A stretch of DNA of 64,000 bases, from the NCBI RefSeq assembly GCF_006345805.1, contig NC_042998.1:26226001-26290000 (forward strand), in the 5' to 3' direction. This DNA comes from Octopus sinensis (taxonomy: Eukaryota). Position 1 is the first letter of the stretch; each line of letters begins with the position of its first letter. A program made the translations under genes and the position numbers. The notes beneath the pieces were generated by a model that ran no database searches, had not been told where the DNA came from, and was given only the letters and a program-made list of their open reading frames with translations. Below are positions 61,585-64,000 of this stretch, piece by piece.

Positions 61585-62215
61585 ATGTGACTGTGTGGTT
61601 AGAAGCTTGCTTCCCAACTACATGGTTCTGAGTTCAGGCCCACTGCATAGCACCTTGGGCAAGTGTCTTCTACTATAGCCTCAGGCCAACCAAAGCCTTG
61701 TGAATAGATTTGGTAGACAGAAACTGAAAGGCAGTGAGCTGGCAGAAACGTTAGCATGCCAGGTGAAATGCATAGTGGTATTTCGTCTGCCGCTACGTTC
61801 TGAGTTCAAATTCCACCAAGGTCGACTTTGCCTTTCATCCTTTCAGGGTCGATAAATTAAGTAGCAGTTATGCACTGGGGTTGATGTAATTGACTTAATC
61901 CATTTGTCTGTCCTTGTTTTGTCCCCTCTGTGTACAGCCCTTTATGGGCAGTAAAGAAATAAGAAACTTAAAGAAGCCCATCGTATATGTGTGTGTGTGT
62001 GTGTGTGCATATATATATGTATGTGTGTATGTATATATTTGTGTGTTTGCATCCTTGTTTGTCTCCCACCACCACCACTATTGCTTGACAACCGATGTTG
62101 GTGTGTTTACATCCCCGTAACTTAGCAGTTTGTCAAAAGAGACCAATAGAATAAGTACCAGGCTTACAAAGAATAAGTCCAGGGGTCGATTTCTTCGGCT
62201 AAAAGGTGGTGCTCC
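61585..62215 (+). mobile_element. SINE family A with nested family B copy (61730-61962)
   Basis: Insertion flanked by GAAACTGAAAG / GAAACTTAAAG. Confidence 0.88.
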
Positions 62216-62299
62216 AGCATAGGCCACACTCAAAGTGACAGAAACAAGTAAAAGAAAATAATAAAAGAAAGGAATATATTTAAAACAGATGTATACTCT

Positions 62300-62678
62300 T
62301 ACCCTTTACTCTTTTACTTGTTTCAGTCATTTGACTGTAGCCATGCTGGAGCACTGCCTTCAGTCAAGCAAATCAAACTCCCCAAGACTTATTCTTTGTA
62401 AGCCTAGTACTTATTCTAGCTGTCTCTTTTTGCTGAACCACTAAGTTAAGGGGACATAAACACACAAGCATTGGTTGTCAAGCGATGTTGGGGGGACAAA
62501 CACAGACACACAAACATACGATAGGCTTCTATCAGTTTCTGTCAACCAAATCCACTCACAAGGCTTTGGTCGGCCCGAGGCTATAGTAGAAGACACTTGC
62601 CCAAGGTACCACACAGTGGGACTGAACCCGAAACCATATAGTTTGTAAGCAAGCTACTTACCACACATCCACTCCTAT
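62300..62678 (-). mobile_element. SINE family A, full length
   Basis: Consensus match. Confidence 0.9.
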
Positions 62679-63469
62679 GACTGGATGAACAATCTATTTT
62701 CAGTTGATATTTTTCCACAGTTATGATACTCTGCAGTTTAAATTAAGAAACTGTAGATCCGCTTTAATTTCGTTTATCTATCTCTCAGGGTCATTCTTAT
62801 CTGCCCAACATACCTAATACCGTAATTTGATGCATACAAACATAAAGGAAATACATAGGATGTTAGTGACAAATGTACAAGGATACTTAAATAAATTCAA
62901 GTAATACACACAAATAAGCATTCACTTACGTAATTATACAAACACTAGCTGACCCTGTGCCATCAAAAATGACAGCTAATTGTAGTATTTTATATATGAA
63001 TAAGGTATAAAATAAGGTAAATAATAATCACAAATACAAACATTTACATACTTCCCTAGTACACGCACATACATATACTAGCAGAGAGTTGAAATGCTGT
63101 TAGATTTTTCTTTTCAGCATTGAACGTTCACCATCCCACTTCCACTGCACACATGCACACACACAAACATTCATATACCTCCCTTTTACATATAGATACA
63201 TACACTTATACAGAGTTGAAACACTGATTTTTTTTTCACCCCTTCCTTTCTCATTCATATGTTGTGACAGAGAAAAACAGAAGATACACGACATGCTCTT
63301 TGTCATTTCCGCTCTCTCATTGCTTTTACTTTCTCTAACTCTTTCTCAGTCAGGGTTATTACTCTCACTACTTCTCCTTCACTGAATTACTATTTTCTCT
63401 CTTCTCCCTTGACTTACATTACTCTTTCTCCTACTCTGTGATTTTGGACAAATATATATATACACACAT

Positions 63470-63516
<47 letters not shown>

Positions 63517-63928
63517 GGCATAAGAGTGGCTGTGTGGCAAGTAGCTTGCTTATGAACCACACGGTTCCGAGTTCAATCCCACTGCGTGGCATCTTGGGCG
63601 TGTGTCCTCTACTATAGCTTCAGGCTGACCAAAGTCTTGTGAGTGGATTTAGTAGATGGAAACTGAAAGAAGCCCATCATATATATGTATATATATATAT
63701 GTGTGTCTATGTGTGTGTATATGTTTATGTGTCTTTGTTTGTCCCCACCAACATCGCTTGACAACCGATGCTGGAGTGTTTATGTCCCCACAACTTAGCG
63801 GTTTGGCAAAAGAGACCGATAGAATAAGTACTAGGCTTACAAAGAATAAGTCCTGGGGTCAATTTGCTTGACTAAAGGCGGTGCTCCAGCATGGCCACAG
63901 TCAAATGACTGAAACTAGTAAAAGAGTA
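63517..63928 (+). mobile_element. SINE family A, full length
   Basis: Consensus match; followed by start of a family C copy running off the window. Confidence 0.9.
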
Positions 63929-64000
63929 TCTCTGCCTGGCCCCGTGTCGGTGGCACGTAAAAGCACCATCCGTTCGTGTTCGTTGCCAGCCTCGCCTGGC

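Overview
AT-rich eukaryotic genomic DNA, most likely an octopod cephalopod (inferred from the SINE families and the extreme microsatellite load; species not determinable). It reads as intronic/intergenic sequence. Roughly half is interspersed repeat: four tRNA-headed SINE-like families (my labels A, B, D, E), many 5'-truncated 3' ends of an RTE LINE (label C), RTE, R4/Dong and CR1/L2-like LINE coding fragments, one full-length decayed mariner with intact TIRs, MITE/Helitron-type elements, and Penelope-like remnants carrying degenerate hammerhead-ribozyme motifs. Nearly all ORFs in the supplied track are microsatellite or repeat artefacts. I recognise no host gene. A few small spliced-exon candidates exist (best: + strand 29164-29242 and 29420-29430; - strand 25817-25909) but are unproven. 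I found no CRISPR array, rRNA, genuine tRNA or prokaryotic system, and cannot claim a new biological system. The best leads are the hammerhead-like motifs next to a 110-bp-arm palindrome, the amplified RTE 3' UTR, SINE module swapping and dimers, and dense inverted SINE pairs. All analysis was by eye. Repeat boundaries are approximate (about +/-10-20 bp) unless TSDs, TIRs or splice sites are quoted. Family names are from recalled motifs, not database searches.
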